Positions 37,307 through 50,774 of a stretch of DNA of 64,000 nucleotides are shown piece after piece (positions within the stretch are counted from its first letter, which is position 1; the number at the start of each line of letters is the position of its first letter). The notes under the pieces were generated by a model, which did not search any database, was not told where the DNA came from, and saw only the letters and a program-made list of their open reading frames with translations. The stretch spans positions 12,188 to 76,187 of the forward strand of contig JBBDJB010000029.1 of assembly GCA_040880125.1 (NCBI GenBank), in the 5' to 3' direction. The stretch is from Pirellulales bacterium (GTDB lineage: Bacteria; Planctomycetota; Planctomycetia; Pirellulales; JBBDJB01). Both the position numbers and the translations under genes were made by a program.

Positions 37307-37541
37307 CCCGCGGTCAAACTGTCCTAATGGCGCCCCGCTGCATGGCATCAATAAACGCTGCCCGGACCCCGTGGATTGCCCAGTTTTCCGTCCGGCGTCG
37401 ACAAAGGGGCACAGATTCGGTCGCTCAAGACGGAGATGCATATTGCCAACGCGCTGACGCACGCCTGCGCCCGGGCATCGCCCTATGTACTTCAGAGACT
37501 TGACCTTGTCCGATGTTGAGGCGTAGCTAATATCTTCGGCT

Positions 37542-38975
37542 ATGACACTACTGCGTCTATTCCGGAGGGCTCTCCAGGGTGGGTGGCTCATCGGCATGCT
37601 GACGCTGGGACTGGTGGGATGTGCGGGTCAGCAAGTTGCCTGGACGGTGGCGCCGATCCAACAGGCAGCTCCGTTTTCGCCCAGTGGCCAGGCCGACATG
37701 CCCGATCTCTGGTGGATCGCACTGGACGATCCGGCGCTGAATCTCCAGATCGACCATGCCCTAGGTGGCAATTTCACGCTCGCCGCCGCCTGGGAACGAA
37801 TGCGCGCTGCCCGCGCCCTGGCCCGGCGCGAAGCATCGGACCTTTGGCCGGATGTTGACGGATTCGGTGAAGCCGCGGGCTCGTTCAGCACCGAGGGGCC
37901 AGATGAATCGGAGTTCGCGCTGGGCGTCGATGCTGCCTACCAGGTGGATCTGTGGGGGCAAATCCGATCGCGCGTCCAAGCCGAGCGCCTGCGGGCCGCG
38001 GCGACGCTGGCGGACTACCACGCCACGGCGCTGACGCTGTCGGCCGACGTCGCCCGCACGTGGTTCGCACTCATCGAAGCGCACGCCCAATTGGCGCTGC
38101 TCAACGAACAGATCGAAACCAATGTCACTGTGCTCGGACTGCAAGAATCGCGATTCGCGGTGGGGCAGATTCGCCTTGCCGATGTGCTTCGCCAGCAGCA
38201 ATTCGTCGAGTCGACGCGTGAGCAGGTAGTGGTCGTGCTATCACAGATCGCCGAGCTGGAACACCTGTTGGCGGTGCTACAAGGCCGTGCGCCACAGGAG
38301 ACGAGCTATGACACCGGAACGTTGCTGCCCGATCTGCCGCCGCTGCCTTATACCGGCCTACCCGCAGAACTGGTCAACCGGAGGCCCGACGTTCGCCGCG
38401 ATTACCTCGCGCTGGAGGCCGCCGATCGCGATCTGGCGTCGGCCATCACCGCACAGTACCCCCGCATTAATCTGACGGCATCGGTGGTCACCGCCGCGGA
38501 AGATCCGGGGAATCTATTCAACGAATGGATTGCCTCGGTCGCGGGCCAGATCATCGGGCCGCTGTTCGACGGCGGGCAACGCCGTGCCGAAGTCGATCGC
38601 ACCGCCGCCGTCGTCCGTCAGCGCCTCGCGGAGTACGGCCAGACGGTGTTGATCGCCTATAGCGAAGTCGAAGACGCCCTCGCCCGCGAGCAGTACCAGC
38701 GCGAGCGCATCGCGCTGCTCAACACGCAGCTCGATCTGGCCCGGCGGGCTTCCGTGCGGTTGCGCGAGCAATACATCTTCTTCGGCGAAGAGACCGATTT
38801 CCTCGACGTGCTGAGCGCGACGACCGTAGAGCAACGCTTGCAGCGCGAGACGTTGTCGGCGAGACTGGACTTGATACTGACCCGCATTGCGCTCTACCTC
38901 GCCCTGGCCGGTGACTTCGAAGGCCCCGCACTAGAGCCGGTTGCCACCCCCGCTCCGGAGCACGTCCCGCAATGA
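37542..38975 (+). CDS. RND efflux outer-membrane lipoprotein (NodT/TolC family)
   Basis: Lipobox LVGC; [27 protein letters not shown] motifs. Confidence 0.92.
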   Translation: MTLLRLFRRALQGGWLIGMLTLGLVGCAGQQVAWTVAPIQQAAPFSPSGQADMPDLWWIALDDPALNLQIDHALGGNFTLAAAWERMRAARALARREASDLWPDVDGFGEAAGSFSTEGPDESEFALGVDAAYQVDLWGQIRSRVQAERLRAAATLADYHATALTLSADVARTWFALIEAHAQLALLNEQIETNVTVLGLQESRFAVGQIRLADVLRQQQFVESTREQVVVVLSQIAELEHLLAVLQGRAPQETSYDTGTLLPDLPPLPYTGLPAELVNRRPDVRRDYLALEAADRDLASAITAQYPRINLTASVVTAAEDPGNLFNEWIASVAGQIIGPLFDGGQRRAEVDRTAAVVRQRLAEYGQTVLIAYSEVEDALAREQYQRERIALLNTQLDLARRASVRLREQYIFFGEETDFLDVLSATTVEQRLQRETLSARLDLILTRIALYLALAGDFEGPALEPVATPAPEHVPQ

Positions 38976-40204
38976 GTGACGCCCCGAAACCGCGACGAAA
39001 ACGGCACTGGCTTCGCATCGTGGGAACGGTAGTCGCCTGCCTTTCGATTCTGGGCGCGGCCGCGGCCGCGATTGTGGTGATCAACAAGACCGAGCCGACC
39101 GCACAACAGATCGAGTTAACGCGCAAGTCCGCAGCGCTGGTCGAAACGATCACCATTGAACGGGGCACGTACCGGCCTCGCCTGGTCGTGCTCGGCAACG
39201 TCCAGCCGGCGCAGGATGTAATTCTCAGCTCGCGGGTGAGCGGGCAGATCGTCGAGCAATCACCCGCGTTCGTGCCGGGTGGGACGGTGCGCCAAGGAGA
39301 TCTGCTGCTGCGGATTGACCCGGCCGACTTTCAAAACACACTGGCCGTACGCCAAAGCGAACTACATCAGGCCCAGGCATCACTGGAGATCGAGCGGGGT
39401 CGCCAGATCCTGGCAAAAAAGGAGCTTGCCCTGCTGGAGGGTTCGATTGACGAGGCGAACCGCTCGCTGGTGCTGCGTACCCCGCAGCTTGAATCAATCC
39501 GCGCCGAAGTGGCCGCAGCCGAGGCGGCAGTGGAACGGGCGAATCTCGACCTCGAGCGCACTCAAGTCAGGGCTCCATTCGACGCCCAAATCCTCAGCCG
39601 CTCAGTCAATGTTGGCTCGCAAGTCGCGCTTGGCGATGCGCTGGCCCGACTAGTCGGCATCGATGAATACTGGGTCATGGCATCTGTGCCCGTCCGCAGT
39701 CTACGCTGGCTGCAGTTTCCCGACGCCGATGGCCAAGGCTCGCCAGTCACCTTGCGCAATCCCGACACATGGCCCCCCGGCGTGCAGCGCCACGCGCAGG
39801 TGTTCCGTATGATCGGCACCGTCGATCAGCATACCCGGTTGGCCCGTGTGCTGATCACCGTGGCTGACCCGCTGGCGCGCAATACCGACGCCCCGCCCCT
39901 GATCGTCGAAACGTTGGTCGAAGCCCACATTGAGGGCCGGCCCATCGAAAACGTCATTCGACTCAGCCGCGCCTACATCCGCGAGCGGGACACGGTTTGG
40001 GTCATGAAAAACGGCATGCTGGACATTCGCCAGCCCGAAGTCGTCTTTCGCGACGCCCAGCACGCCTACATCGGAGAAGGTCTGCAAGCCGGCGACGAGG
40101 TGGTAACCACCACGCTAGCCACCGTCGCCCAAGGAATCGGCCTCCGCAAGACGAACGTCCTGCCCGAACAAAATCAGAATGCGGTCGGGGAGACGGCGGA
40201 TTGA
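38972..40204 (+). CDS. RND efflux periplasmic adaptor (MFP)
   Basis: N-terminal TM, lipoyl half-motifs (VSGQIV...[14 protein letters not shown]; VRAPFDA), coiled hairpin; ATGA overlap with the upstream gene. Confidence 0.92.
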   Translation: MSDAPKPRRKRHWLRIVGTVVACLSILGAAAAAIVVINKTEPTAQQIELTRKSAALVETITIERGTYRPRLVVLGNVQPAQDVILSSRVSGQIVEQSPAFVPGGTVRQGDLLLRIDPADFQNTLAVRQSELHQAQASLEIERGRQILAKKELALLEGSIDEANRSLVLRTPQLESIRAEVAAAEAAVERANLDLERTQVRAPFDAQILSRSVNVGSQVALGDALARLVGIDEYWVMASVPVRSLRWLQFPDADGQGSPVTLRNPDTWPPGVQRHAQVFRMIGTVDQHTRLARVLITVADPLARNTDAPPLIVETLVEAHIEGRPIENVIRLSRAYIRERDTVWVMKNGMLDIRQPEVVFRDAQHAYIGEGLQAGDEVVTTTLATVAQGIGLRKTNVLPEQNQNAVGETAD

Positions 40205-43200
40205 ACCAGGATCATTCGAGCGTCGACGTCCAGCGCGGGCCCATCGCCTGGATGGCCCGCAACTCCATGGCGGCCAACTTGCTAATGGTCATCCTCCTGG
40301 GGGGCGGGGTATGGGCGGCCGCTAACATGCAGAAGGAAGTCTTCCCGCAGTTTCAGTTGGATATCGTCGAAATCACCGTCAGCTATCCCGGCGCCGCGCC
40401 GTCGGAAGTCGAGCAAGGCATCCTGCGACCGGTCGAGGAAGCAGTTCGCGGCGTCGAGGGCATTCGCGAGATCACCAGCGAAGCGGAGGAAGGCCAGGGA
40501 ACGGTGCTCATCGAGCTGTTGGCCGGCGAGCAGCGGATGAAGGCGTTTCAGGACATCCAACAGGCGGTCAGCCGCATCCGCACATTCCCTGACGACATCG
40601 AGCAGCCAGAAGTAACTCTGCAATCCGAGCAGCAGGAAGTGATGGAGATCGGGCTGTACGGCCCGGTCGACATCTGGACGCTGCGCAAGCTTGCCGAGCA
40701 GTTGCGCGATCAGTTGCAGGCGCACGATCAGATCACACAGGTCGAACTGAGCCGTGTGCCAGAGTACGTCACGCACGTAGAGATTCCACGTCAAAGGCTA
40801 CGCGAATACCGGTTGACGCTGCCGGATGTTGCGCAAATCATTGAGAACTCGAGCGAAGATATCGCGGCCGGCGCGGTGCAGACGAGCGCGGGCGAGATTC
40901 TCCTCCGTGTCAAGGCGCGCAAGCAGTGGGCGGACGAGTTCGCAGGCATCGAGGTCGTCACTAACTTGGGCGGATCGGTCGTGACGCTAGGTGAGATCGC
41001 CACCATTCGCGACGGCTTCGAGGAGGAGGGTTTTCACTCGCAGTTCAACCAGACGCCCTCGGTCGAGCTGAACATTTTCCGCGTCGGTTCCCAATCTCCG
41101 CTCGATGTCGCCAATGCCGTCGAGCAAACGATGCGCGAATTCGAGAACGCCTTGCCGCCGGGCGTTCAGTGGCGGATCGACAGCAACAACGCCGAAGAGT
41201 TCCGCCGGCGACTTAATCTAGTCGTCGAAAACGGGCTAATGGCGATCGTCATCGTTCTCTTGATCATGGCGCTGTTCCTCGAGTTTCGCCTGGCGTTCTG
41301 GGTGATGATGGGCATGGCCATCTCGTTCATCGGCGGTGTGCTGTTCCTCCCCCTGGCCGGGGTCAGCATCAACATGATCTCGCTGTTCGGCTTTCTCGTC
41401 GTATTGGGGATCGTGGTTGACGACGCGGTCGTGGTCGGCGAGAACGTTTACGAACAGCGGCGGGAACATGGCGACTATCTGACCGCCGCGATCCAGGGCA
41501 CGCGGGAGATGGCCGGCCCGGTTACGTTCAGCATCCTGACCAACATCGTGGCGTTCGTGCCTTTGATGTTTATTCCGGGCGAGACGGGTAAGTTCTGGAG
41601 CCCTCTGCCGGTGGTCGTCATCATCGTCCTGGCTCTGTCTCTATTCGAGGCGCTGTTCATCCTGCCGGCTCACCTGGCGCATACTTCGGCCGCCGGGCGG
41701 CAAAGCGGTCTGGGCGCCTGGCTCCATCGGGGCCAACAGGCTTTCAGTCGGTGGTTCGACCGCGTTGTCGATATCGTCTATCGGCGCATTCTCGTGTTCT
41801 GCCTGCGGTTTCGCTACGTCACGGCCTGCTCGGCGCTCGCCCTGTTTCTCGTTATTGGAGGCTATGCCACCAGCGCGCATATGGGCATGATTCTCATGCC
41901 TGAGGTCTCCGCCGATGAGATCGAGGCCGGCGTGCGACTGCCGGTCGGCACCACTCCGGATCAGGCGGCGAGAATCGCCGATGCGGTGACCGATGCCAGC
42001 GTGCGGATGTTTGAGCGCCACAACCTTTACGAGGTGGCCGAGGGCATTAAAACCAACGTGCGAGGGCAGAACTTTATCGACGTCGAGGTCGTGCTGAAGC
42101 CGCCGGATCAGCGCGACATAACAGCCAATGAAGTCATTCAACTCTGGCGGGATTCAATCGGCGACTTGCCCGGCGTCGACCAGATCACCTTTGAGGCCGA
42201 GAGTGGGCCTGGTGGCTTTCGGCAGGACATCAGCGTCGATCTCAGCCACAGCGATATCAACGTCCTCGAACAGGCCGGTCAGGAGTTACTCCAGCGTGCG
42301 GAGCGGTTCTCCAATGCCCGCGATGTTAACGACAACTACAACAAGGGCAAAACGCAGATCGACTTTCGTCTCCGCCCGGAAGGCAAGGCTCTTGGCCTAA
42401 CCGACCGAGGCGTCGGGCAGCAGCTACGCGGCGCTTTCTACGGCTCGCTGGCCCTTCGCCTGATGCGCGGTACGAACGAAATCGAAGTCCGTGTGAAGCT
42501 GCCGAAAGAACAGCGAGAAGATATCCACAACCTGGAAGACCTGGTCATCCGTACGCCGACCGGCGTGGAAGTGCCGCTTGTGGACGTTGCCGACGTCGAG
42601 ATCAATGAGGCGTTCACTTCGATCAATCGGCGCGACGGTCGGCGCGTGATCAACGTCTCGATGGACATCGAGCCCAAGAGGGCCGTTACGCAGGTGATCA
42701 CAGCGCTGCAGACGGAGCTACTGCCACAGTTGCGAAACGATTTTCCCGGTATCACCTGGACCTTCGAAGGCAGCAGTGCTGAGATGCGCGAAGCGACCGC
42801 CTCTCTCTGGGGTTGGTTTGGCCTGGCGATAGCGGTGATTTACGCGCTGCTGGCCATCGCCTTTCGAAGCTACATTCAGCCGCTGATCGTGCTGCTGGCG
42901 ATTCCCTTCGGCATCGTCGGCGCCGTCATCGGCCACATCATGCTCGGATATGATCTGTCGCTCGTCAGTCTCATGGGCGTGATCGCGCTGTCCGGGGTCG
43001 TGGTCAACGATTCGTTGATCATGATCGACTACGCCAACCGCCACCGGGGGGATCACCCGGCATACGAAGCGATCCTCCAGGCGGGGCTGCGGCGGTTTCG
43101 GCCGATCATGTTGACCACGGCCACGACCTTCGGTGGGCTCATGCCGATTATTTTTGAGACCTCGCTTCAGGCACAGTACATCATTCCCATGGCCATTTCG

Positions 43201-43308
43201 CTAGGCTTCGGAATCTTGTTCGCCACCGCAATCATCCTGGTGCTGGTACCGTGCATGTACCTCATCCTGGAAGACGCCCGGCGGAGTGCCTTGGCAACAC
43301 GTGACTAG
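40201..43308 (+). CDS. RND efflux inner-membrane transporter (AcrB/AcrD/AcrF family)
   Basis: [27 protein letters not shown]. Start placed at TTG 40201, overlapping the MFP stop (TTGA), with GGAG SD. Confidence 0.93.
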   Translation: MNQDHSSVDVQRGPIAWMARNSMAANLLMVILLGGGVWAAANMQKEVFPQFQLDIVEITVSYPGAAPSEVEQGILRPVEEAVRGVEGIREITSEAEEGQGTVLIELLAGEQRMKAFQDIQQAVSRIRTFPDDIEQPEVTLQSEQQEVMEIGLYGPVDIWTLRKLAEQLRDQLQAHDQITQVELSRVPEYVTHVEIPRQRLREYRLTLPDVAQIIENSSEDIAAGAVQTSAGEILLRVKARKQWADEFAGIEVVTNLGGSVVTLGEIATIRDGFEEEGFHSQFNQTPSVELNIFRVGSQSPLDVANAVEQTMREFENALPPGVQWRIDSNNAEEFRRRLNLVVENGLMAIVIVLLIMALFLEFRLAFWVMMGMAISFIGGVLFLPLAGVSINMISLFGFLVVLGIVVDDAVVVGENVYEQRREHGDYLTAAIQGTREMAGPVTFSILTNIVAFVPLMFIPGETGKFWSPLPVVVIIVLALSLFEALFILPAHLAHTSAAGRQSGLGAWLHRGQQAFSRWFDRVVDIVYRRILVFCLRFRYVTACSALALFLVIGGYATSAHMGMILMPEVSADEIEAGVRLPVGTTPDQAARIADAVTDASVRMFERHNLYEVAEGIKTNVRGQNFIDVEVVLKPPDQRDITANEVIQLWRDSIGDLPGVDQITFEAESGPGGFRQDISVDLSHSDINVLEQAGQELLQRAERFSNARDVNDNYNKGKTQIDFRLRPEGKALGLTDRGVGQQLRGAFYGSLALRLMRGTNEIEVRVKLPKEQREDIHNLEDLVIRTPTGVEVPLVDVADVEINEAFTSINRRDGRRVINVSMDIEPKRAVTQVITALQTELLPQLRNDFPGITWTFEGSSAEMREATASLWGWFGLAIAVIYALLAIAFRSYIQPLIVLLAIPFGIVGAVIGHIMLGYDLSLVSLMGVIALSGVVVNDSLIMIDYANRHRGDHPAYEAILQAGLRRFRPIMLTTATTFGGLMPIIFETSLQAQYIIPMAISLGFGILFATAIILVLVPCMYLILEDARRSALATRD

Positions 43309-43381
43309 CCTGCCGCCTCGACAGCCCGTGTTGGATTCGTCGGCCGCGCGTACGCGGATGCGCATTGCAACCCCGACCATG

Positions 43382-44806
43382 TTACGGCTGTACCGTCACA
43401 ACCGCTCGGCCATACGACCAGAGCTTCGGCGTGCCGTCGTCAGTCACTTCTAGGATGACGTGGATGGTGGACGGCCGTGAAACCTGTGGTGCGATTAGCC
43501 GGGTCGTCGGCGCCTCGACCGAACTAAAGGTGACGTTGTCGGGAAACCGTTTAGCATCTGGATCTCGCAAGGTACTTGCCTCTTCATAGATCCACCAACG
43601 GTAACCAATTCTATCGCCATCGGGGTCGCTAGAGCCCTCCGCGGTTAGCTCGACAGTGTCACCCGGTTTGGCGGCAATCTCAATCACACTCGTCGTTTTG
43701 TCGCCATTGAGCGCCGCCATCGGGTTATGGTTCGCCTTGTTGAATTCGTCCGCGACGCACCAATCCATGCGTGCGGCAAAATCGCTTTGGAAATGCTCAC
43801 GCCACCGCCAGATGGTCGCGCCATTGCTCGTCTCTGACCGGCCATTGTCATCCGATGTGACCGTGTCGGCGGAATCCGTCCAGATCGGGCGCGGTTCGCC
43901 GTTGGGCTGAGCAAGCTCATAGCGTCCGCCCCAGCCGCCGTAGTCGGGACGCACGTGCCACGCTAAACCGTTGTTGATCAATCCCAGGAAAGACGGCGTG
44001 TCGCCTTCCATGATGTACTCGACTCGCGGATAGAGAGCTCCAAGAGGGCCGTGATTCTCGATGATGTTTTCTTCCAGCCACGGATTATCCACCATCGCGA
44101 AATGATGCATCACGCCCGTCTTACGCATGCGGTCGCCAGCGATGCCATTCCACGTGGCGCGACCGTAGTCGCCGCCAGGTGAGACGATGTAGAACAGGGA
44201 AGGGAACTGGGCACGGATCCATGGCCCCGCATCGTCCTGATCGGAGATCGTGTAAACGCGAAGCTTGCTGACAAATTCCGCGACGGCGGCGTCATCTCGC
44301 GACTGCTTCACGTCCCATAGGGCCTGAGCCAACGTATTCGCTCCGCCCCATACGGTGACCCACACGGGTCGCTCGTCCCGCTCGTCGATGACTTTAATGA
44401 GGTGCCGTGAACCGGCCGAACTTTTGCGGTCGCCGACGGCGGCCATGCCGTATTTCGGCTGCCCGGTCTTTGTCACCGCACGCAACTGATCCGCTGCCGG
44501 ATAGCCCTTGGCATGTATAATCAGGTTGTCGCGCACTTCCGCAAAGGCATCGATTTGCCGGCGGATCAGATCCTCGCGTGTGGCGGTTCGAAGATGGGTC
44601 GACGTCGTGGCGATCAGGCCCTCGATGTCAAATTCGTTCGAGTAAACCAGAAAGCGAACGAGTGACTCTTCGTCATCCGGCTCGTTGGAGATGTCGGTCA
44701 GCACAACGACGCGCTGCCGCGAGTCTGTCGAGTCGGATTCTCCGAATGATTCAGCGCCGAACACTACGACCAGGACAAGGAAGAACAAGGCGGGAGCGAA
44801 TTTCAT
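43382..44806 (-). CDS. Secreted DUF1593 / nucleoside-hydrolase-like domain protein with C-terminal Ig-like domain
   Basis: Signal peptide; VLTDISNEPDDEESLVRFLVYSNEFDIEG, WGGANTLAQAL, EGDTPSFL, GGWGGRY, DFAARMDW, SSDPDGD. Confidence 0.88.
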   Translation of the reverse strand: MKFAPALFFLVLVVVFGAESFGESDSTDSRQRVVVLTDISNEPDDEESLVRFLVYSNEFDIEGLIATTSTHLRTATREDLIRRQIDAFAEVRDNLIIHAKGYPAADQLRAVTKTGQPKYGMAAVGDRKSSAGSRHLIKVIDERDERPVWVTVWGGANTLAQALWDVKQSRDDAAVAEFVSKLRVYTISDQDDAGPWIRAQFPSLFYIVSPGGDYGRATWNGIAGDRMRKTGVMHHFAMVDNPWLEENIIENHGPLGALYPRVEYIMEGDTPSFLGLINNGLAWHVRPDYGGWGGRYELAQPNGEPRPIWTDSADTVTSDDNGRSETSNGATIWRWREHFQSDFAARMDWCVADEFNKANHNPMAALNGDKTTSVIEIAAKPGDTVELTAEGSSDPDGDRIGYRWWIYEEASTLRDPDAKRFPDNVTFSSVEAPTTRLIAPQVSRPSTIHVILEVTDDGTPKLWSYGRAVVTVQP

Positions 44807-45250
44807 AATTGACCCAGTGGTTTGGAGATAAAATCACGTGCGGGAGCAACGGTGATCGTGCGGTCCACCGGTAGAGTTGCGATACCAAATGTTGACGGAG
44901 TTTGCAAATCCCCGCATCCGCGACAATACCTTGGGCGCAATTCCCGGTAAAGCGTTTCTCCTTCGGCATTGCGGGAATTAGGCGGCCCCCCCGGCCGGCG
45001 AATTGAGGAAACCATCCGCTGGATCGGGCTGTGTACGACTGTTACGCGGCCGAGCCCGGCAGACGTGCGACGCAATTGGTTGAGACAACTGCCCGGCGAT
45101 GGATTACTTTGTACGGGAGGAGGGAGGCGGTCGTGCAGCCGAACGCGTGTGCCAGCGCCCGCTGATGACGCCATCCGCTTGAGAGACGGTGCCGTCCGAA
45201 ATACGTGATCTGATCTCCATCCCGTGTAACAGCCTAGTGGCCATAAGGCA

Positions 45251-48200
45251 ATGAACTCAATGCATTTAACACACCGACTTTGGCGGCTGCTTTTCGTCTG
45301 CCTCATCGCGGTTTTTACAGAGCACAGTCGTTGCGCCGCCGCCGAATCGGATGATGCGGATCAGATCGAGTTTTTCGAGTCGCATATCCGACCGGTACTC
45401 GTGGAGCACTGCTACGAATGTCACAATTCGGTCGACTTGGCCGAGGGCGGACTGGCAGTCGACCATCGCGAGGGTTTTCTCGCTGGCGGCGACGGCGGCA
45501 AGGTGATCGTACGCGGCAATCCGCAGGAGAGCCGCCTGCTAGCCGTCCTTCGCCATGAAATCGATAGCCTGGAGATGCCGCAGGGGAGAGCGAAGCTCGA
45601 AAGTGAAGTAATCGCCGATTTCGAACGGTGGATCGCAATGGGTGCATTCGATCCGCGAGACGCGCCGCCCTCGGCGGATGAGTTGGCTGCCGCAACCTCT
45701 TGGGAAGCAACGTTCGAGAAGCGGAAGAACTGGTGGAGCTTTCAGCCCCTGGTGGCACCGGCATTGCCGGCGTTGGATGCCGCCGACTGGTCCGGCCACC
45801 CCGTGGATCGTTTCATATTGGCCAGGCTTGAGGAAAGCGGGCTAGCCCCGGCGCCGCCGGCCGACCCCGCTACGCTCGTACGACGATTGTATTTTACCTT
45901 GATTGGCCTGCCGCCGACTGCGGACGAGGCGGAACACTGGCAATCGGTCATCGCCCAACCGGGCGGCTATGAGCAACTCGTCGACCATCTGTTGGCTCGA
46001 CCGCAATTCGGTGAGCGATGGGCCCGGCATTGGATGGACTGGATTCGATACGCCGAATCGCACGGCTCCGAAGGTGATCCTACGATTGACAATGCTTGGC
46101 ACTATCGCGACTACCTGATTCGGGCACTGAACGACGACGTTTCCTACAGTCAACTCGTACGGGAACATGTCGCGGGCGATTTACTGGAGCATCCCCGCAT
46201 TAACGCGTCGCTGGGCATCAATGAGTCACTCATTGGGCCGGCGCATTGGCGGATGGTGTTTCACGGCTTCGCCCCGACCGACGCGCTCGAGGAACGCGTT
46301 CGCTTCACCGACGATCAGATTAATGTCTTCTCAAAAGCATTTCTGGGACTCACCGTCTCCTGCGCGCGGTGCCACGACCACAAATTTGATCCGATTAGCC
46401 AGAAGGACTACTACGCTTTGTTCGGTGTCTTGGCATCGTCTCGGCCGGCCCGAACGGCGATCGACTTGCCCGAAAAGATCGGCCGACACCAGGAAGCGCT
46501 CCTGTCCCTCAAGGCCAGGCTTCGAAATGCGGTCGCCGAGGACTGGCTGGTAGCGGTGCAGAGGACTGCCGAGAAGCTGGCCGAGTTCCCCCCACCCAAC
46601 CAAAATGCAGGCCAGCCGCCGAGCGAGTCATTGGTAAGCCCATGGCTGATGACTCGAGACGAGGTCGCCAACGGAACTGACTTCGAAACGGCGTGGGGAA
46701 AGCGCATTGAAGCAGTTCGGCGGAAATTGAACCAGTGGATGGACTATCGTAGACACGACTACCTCCGGCGGTGGAATCTTGCGGACGCGGAGGATTATCA
46801 AAATTGGTATCCCCACGGTGCCGGTTTGAAGCCGGATCCACAGCCAGCAGGGGAGTTTTCTATCGCGGCGATCGGTGACCGGGTTCTGGTGGGAATCTAC
46901 CCGGCCGGAGTTTATTCTCACGCGATCTCTACGAAACATCCCGCCCGATTGACCTCCCCGGACATCGCGCTTGTCGGTGAAAGCGAACTTTGGGTGCACG
47001 CGATTGGCGACCCCAGCGCCAGCCTCCGCTACGTCGTTCAAGATTATCCGCGATCTGGTACCGTATATCCCGTAAACCAGCTCTCGGACCAGTGGCGCTG
47101 GCAGCGTTTTGACCTGTCCTACTGGGATGGCGATACGATCCACGTCGAATTGGCCGCCGCACAGGACGCCCCGTTGTTAGTTCGAGACCAACCACGGTCC
47201 TGGTTCGGCGTTCGCGATGCGGTCCTCGTTGCCAAGGGGCAGCCGAGGCCATTGGATTCCGTCGAGCATCTGGCAACGCTACTGGAGGCCGCCGAGCGCA
47301 AACGACCCGCCACGCTGAGCGACCTTGCTGCCCTTTATGAATCGACGATCCGCGCAGCCGTACAATCGTGGAAGGACGAGTGTGTCAGCGATCAGCAGGC
47401 ATTGCTGCTGGACGCGTGTCTGCGGGAAGGCCTCCTACCCAACGCCCTGCAATCACTGCCTACAGCCAAGCCGGTCCTTGCCGAGTACCGGCGGCTCGAA
47501 GGCGAAATCCCCGTTCCACGGCGTGTGCCGGGTCTTGACGAAACGATCGGCCGCGATCAGCCGCTGTATGAGCGCGGCAATCATAAACAGCCTCGCGAGC
47601 CGGTACCGCGGCGTTTCCTGAGCGCCATTGATCCGACCCCCTACAAAACGTCGCTGAGCGGCCGTAGGCAATTAGCCGAAGACCTGTTGCGCGATGATAA
47701 TCCGCTCGCGCGACGTGTTATCGTCAACCGGATTTGGCACCATCTGTTCGGCCGTGGCATTGTTGCTACGCCGGACAATTTTGGTCGCCTTGGCGAGCAG
47801 CCGACGCATCCGGACCTTCTCGACTGGCTTGCAATTCAGTTTGTGAAGGACGGCTGGTCGCTGAAGAAGACGATTCGATTGATTGTTACGTCGAAGACCT
47901 GGCAGCTGTCATCCCACCCGCGTGCAACCGCAAGGCAGATCGATCCCGACAACCTTTGGCTCGCGCGGGCGAACGTCCGCCGACTCGAGGCCGAGGCGAT
48001 CCGAGATTCGCTGCTTGCCGTTACGGGCCAACTTGACGATTCCTTATACGGACCACCGGTGGATGGAGTTTCTTCTCGGCGCAGCATTTATGTTGCCGTG
48101 GTGCGCAATTCGCTCGACCCTTTTTTGCGAAGCTTCGACTTTCCAGAGCCATTCAGTACCGTCGGTAGTCGCGACGTGACCAATGTTCCGGCTCAATCGC

Positions 48201-49351
48201 TGACGCTCATGAACGATGCCGGCGTTGCTGGTCATGCGCGCGCCTGGGCGCAGCGGCTACTCAACGCATCCACTTCGGGAAGCGACGAACAGCGGGTTCG
48301 CACGATGTTTTTGGCGGCGTTTGGCAGGCCGGCTTCCACAAGTGAAATTAGCCGTACCATCGCCTATCTAAACGAGACGCGAAGTCGACTTCTTGCTCGG
48401 CAGCGACGACACGACGAACTGAAGGCGGAAGTTGCTCAGCGGCGAAAGCAGATCGAGCTGGTGATGCATCCCGTCCGGGCGCGACTGCTGATGGAGGCGA
48501 AAAGCAGGTCGAGGGCCCTCAGTGAATCCGCGCCGCCGCCGATCGGACGATGGGAGTTCGAAGCGACGGCAGAAGACAGTGCAGGTAATCTCCATGGTGA
48601 ACTTCGCGACGGCGCAATCGTTGAAGACGGTGCTCTGGCAGTCAGCCGTGGCGGACATGTATTGACAGCACCGCTCCAGACAACGCTGCGGGAGAAAACA
48701 CTAGAAGCCTGGGTCATGCTCGACGATTTGGAGCAGCGCGGGAGTGGCGTGATGACCGTACAAACGCCCGATGGCGTCCACTTCGATGCGATCGTCTTCG
48801 GCGAGAACGCACCCCATCAGTGGCTGGCCGGCAGCAACAACTTTGCGCGTACGCAATCGTTCAACGGAGCCACGGAGACGGAAGCCGCGGATCACGCAGT
48901 TCACGTCGCTATCGCCTATCACGAAGATGGGCGCATCGTCGGTTATCGCAATGGCAAAGCGTACGGGCAGCCCTACCAGAGCAACGGACTGCACGTGTTC
49001 CAGGCCGGCAACACCGTTGTAGGATTCGGTGTGCGACATCTTCCAGCCGGCGGCAATCGCATGCTCGCCGGGCGAGTTCTAAAGGCCCAGCTATATGATC
49101 GTGCGCTAACGGCCGAGGAGGTTGCGATCTCCGCTCAGTCGCTACAAGGCTTTGTCTCCGATCCGATGGTGATGGCCGCGCTTACGCCCGATGATTTAAA
49201 GCTCGTGAATCAGCGGAACGCGGAAATCGCGGAACTGGGCTCCCACGCGAATGCACTGGGGCCAGCGCCAGACGCAGTCGATGACGTAACCGTGTGGACG
49301 GATCTGGCCAGGGCGCTGTTCACATTCAAGGAATTCATTTATGTCCGGTAG
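45251..49351 (+). CDS. Planctomycete PSD1/cytochrome c domain protein (PSCyt1 + DUF1549 + DUF1553 + LamG)
   Basis: [65 protein letters not shown]-terminal EFIYVR; LamG TLEAWV...HVAIAY...LYDRALT. Confidence 0.93.
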   Translation: MNSMHLTHRLWRLLFVCLIAVFTEHSRCAAAESDDADQIEFFESHIRPVLVEHCYECHNSVDLAEGGLAVDHREGFLAGGDGGKVIVRGNPQESRLLAVLRHEIDSLEMPQGRAKLESEVIADFERWIAMGAFDPRDAPPSADELAAATSWEATFEKRKNWWSFQPLVAPALPALDAADWSGHPVDRFILARLEESGLAPAPPADPATLVRRLYFTLIGLPPTADEAEHWQSVIAQPGGYEQLVDHLLARPQFGERWARHWMDWIRYAESHGSEGDPTIDNAWHYRDYLIRALNDDVSYSQLVREHVAGDLLEHPRINASLGINESLIGPAHWRMVFHGFAPTDALEERVRFTDDQINVFSKAFLGLTVSCARCHDHKFDPISQKDYYALFGVLASSRPARTAIDLPEKIGRHQEALLSLKARLRNAVAEDWLVAVQRTAEKLAEFPPPNQNAGQPPSESLVSPWLMTRDEVANGTDFETAWGKRIEAVRRKLNQWMDYRRHDYLRRWNLADAEDYQNWYPHGAGLKPDPQPAGEFSIAAIGDRVLVGIYPAGVYSHAISTKHPARLTSPDIALVGESELWVHAIGDPSASLRYVVQDYPRSGTVYPVNQLSDQWRWQRFDLSYWDGDTIHVELAAAQDAPLLVRDQPRSWFGVRDAVLVAKGQPRPLDSVEHLATLLEAAERKRPATLSDLAALYESTIRAAVQSWKDECVSDQQALLLDACLREGLLPNALQSLPTAKPVLAEYRRLEGEIPVPRRVPGLDETIGRDQPLYERGNHKQPREPVPRRFLSAIDPTPYKTSLSGRRQLAEDLLRDDNPLARRVIVNRIWHHLFGRGIVATPDNFGRLGEQPTHPDLLDWLAIQFVKDGWSLKKTIRLIVTSKTWQLSSHPRATARQIDPDNLWLARANVRRLEAEAIRDSLLAVTGQLDDSLYGPPVDGVSSRRSIYVAVVRNSLDPFLRSFDFPEPFSTVGSRDVTNVPAQSLTLMNDAGVAGHARAWAQRLLNASTSGSDEQRVRTMFLAAFGRPASTSEISRTIAYLNETRSRLLARQRRHDELKAEVAQRRKQIELVMHPVRARLLMEAKSRSRALSESAPPPIGRWEFEATAEDSAGNLHGELRDGAIVEDGALAVSRGGHVLTAPLQTTLREKTLEAWVMLDDLEQRGSGVMTVQTPDGVHFDAIVFGENAPHQWLAGSNNFARTQSFNGATETEAADHAVHVAIAYHEDGRIVGYRNGKAYGQPYQSNGLHVFQAGNTVVGFGVRHLPAGGNRMLAGRVLKAQLYDRALTAEEVAISAQSLQGFVSDPMVMAALTPDDLKLVNQRNAEIAELGSHANALGPAPDAVDDVTVWTDLARALFTFKEFIYVR

Positions 49352-50774
49352 TTTCTCCCGTCGGCAATTCCTCGAATCTTGCTCGACCGGCTTCGGTGCG
49401 GCGGCGCTCGCCGCGTTGATGTGCGATTCGGCGTACTCGGCGAAACTGCCCACGTCTACGCGTGACCTCGCCAAAACACCACATCACTCCCCGCGCGCGA
49501 AGCGCGTTATCTTTTGCTTTATGTCGGGCGGCGTTTCGCACGTCGATTCGTTCGATCCGAAACCGAAGCTCAAGGAACTGCACGGCCAGCCCATGCCGGT
49601 ACAAGTGGAGCGGACCCAGTTCAACAACAACGGCAGCATCATGGCCAGTCCCTTCGAGTTCGCTCCTTCCGGGCAGTCGGGGCTTGCGGTCAGCAGCATC
49701 TTTCCCGAGATCGCATCGGTCGCGGACGAACTGGCTGTGATTCGCTCCATGACCACGACGGTTAACGAGCACGCTCAGGGAAACTTCTTCATGCACACCG
49801 GCTTCCCGTTCATGGGCTATCCCAGTGCAGGAGCATGGTGCACGTATGGGCTGGGAAGCGAAAACCACAATCTGCCGGGGTATGTTGTGCTGCAAAGCGG
49901 CGGCGCCGTCTCTCCTCACGGGGGAATCAGCCTTTTCAGTAACGGCTTCCTTCCCGCGCATCATCAGGGGTCCATTGTGAATGCCGACGGGCCGGAGGCG
50001 ATTCGCAACATTCGGCCTCGCGACGCGCGGCTCGATCAACAGCGCAGGCTCGATTTCGTCCGCCACTTCGACGAGGCGTTTCTGAACGCCTCGGCACATG
50101 ATGCTCAAGTCGAGGCCGCCATCCAAAATTATGAGACCGCATTCCGTATGCAGTCGGCCGTGCCGGAATTAGTCGACATCTCCGGGGAGACCAGGCAGAC
50201 CCACGAGCTTTACGGCCTCGATGCAGACGATCCGGAGAAGGCGGCCTACGCACGCCAGTGCCTGCTCGCCCGGCGTCTCGTCGAGCGGGGAGTACGGTTT
50301 GTCGAGCTGAGCTGTCTCACCAAGGGCATCGGAGCCGGCGGAGCTGCGAATCCGTGGGACCAGCACGGCGAGCTTGAGAAGGGGCATCGCGCCATGGCAT
50401 TTCAGGTGGACCAGCCGATCGCCGCTTTGATCAAGGACCTGCGTCGCCGAGGGCTGCTCGACGAAACGCTCGTCATTTGGGCGGGCGAATTCGGACGCAC
50501 GCCGTTCTCGCAAGGAAGCAACGGTCGAGATCACAATCCATTTGGCTTCAGTGTATGGCTGGCGGGCGCGGGTATAAAAGGCGGCAGCATTCTGGGGGCG
50601 ACCGATGAGTTTGGTTACCATGTCGTTGAAGATAAATGCACCGTCTACGATCTGTGGGCTACGGTTTTGCATCTATTGGGCGTGGATCACGAGAAGCTGA
50701 CCTACCGCTATGGCGGACGAGATTTTCGCCTGACGGACGTGCACGGTAACGTACTCAACAAGATACTTTCTTGA
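49341..50774 (+). CDS. DUF1501 domain protein with Tat signal
   Basis: SRRQFL; [51 protein letters not shown]. Confidence 0.93.
   Translation: MSGSFSRRQFLESCSTGFGAAALAALMCDSAYSAKLPTSTRDLAKTPHHSPRAKRVIFCFMSGGVSHVDSFDPKPKLKELHGQPMPVQVERTQFNNNGSIMASPFEFAPSGQSGLAVSSIFPEIASVADELAVIRSMTTTVNEHAQGNFFMHTGFPFMGYPSAGAWCTYGLGSENHNLPGYVVLQSGGAVSPHGGISLFSNGFLPAHHQGSIVNADGPEAIRNIRPRDARLDQQRRLDFVRHFDEAFLNASAHDAQVEAAIQNYETAFRMQSAVPELVDISGETRQTHELYGLDADDPEKAAYARQCLLARRLVERGVRFVELSCLTKGIGAGGAANPWDQHGELEKGHRAMAFQVDQPIAALIKDLRRRGLLDETLVIWAGEFGRTPFSQGSNGRDHNPFGFSVWLAGAGIKGGSILGATDEFGYHVVEDKCTVYDLWATVLHLLGVDHEKLTYRYGGRDFRLTDVHGNVLNKILS

Noticed and set aside
37500-37541. Leaderless promoter for the RND operon (TTGTCC-N16-TAATAT ending 8 nt before the ATG)
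   Set aside because: Plausible, but the spacing is suboptimal and the true start codon is uncertain; too weak to report as a feature.
39997-40200. N-terminal extension of the RND transporter ORF
   Set aside because: Overlaps the MFP gene in another frame; TTG 40201 with SD and stop-start overlap is the better start.
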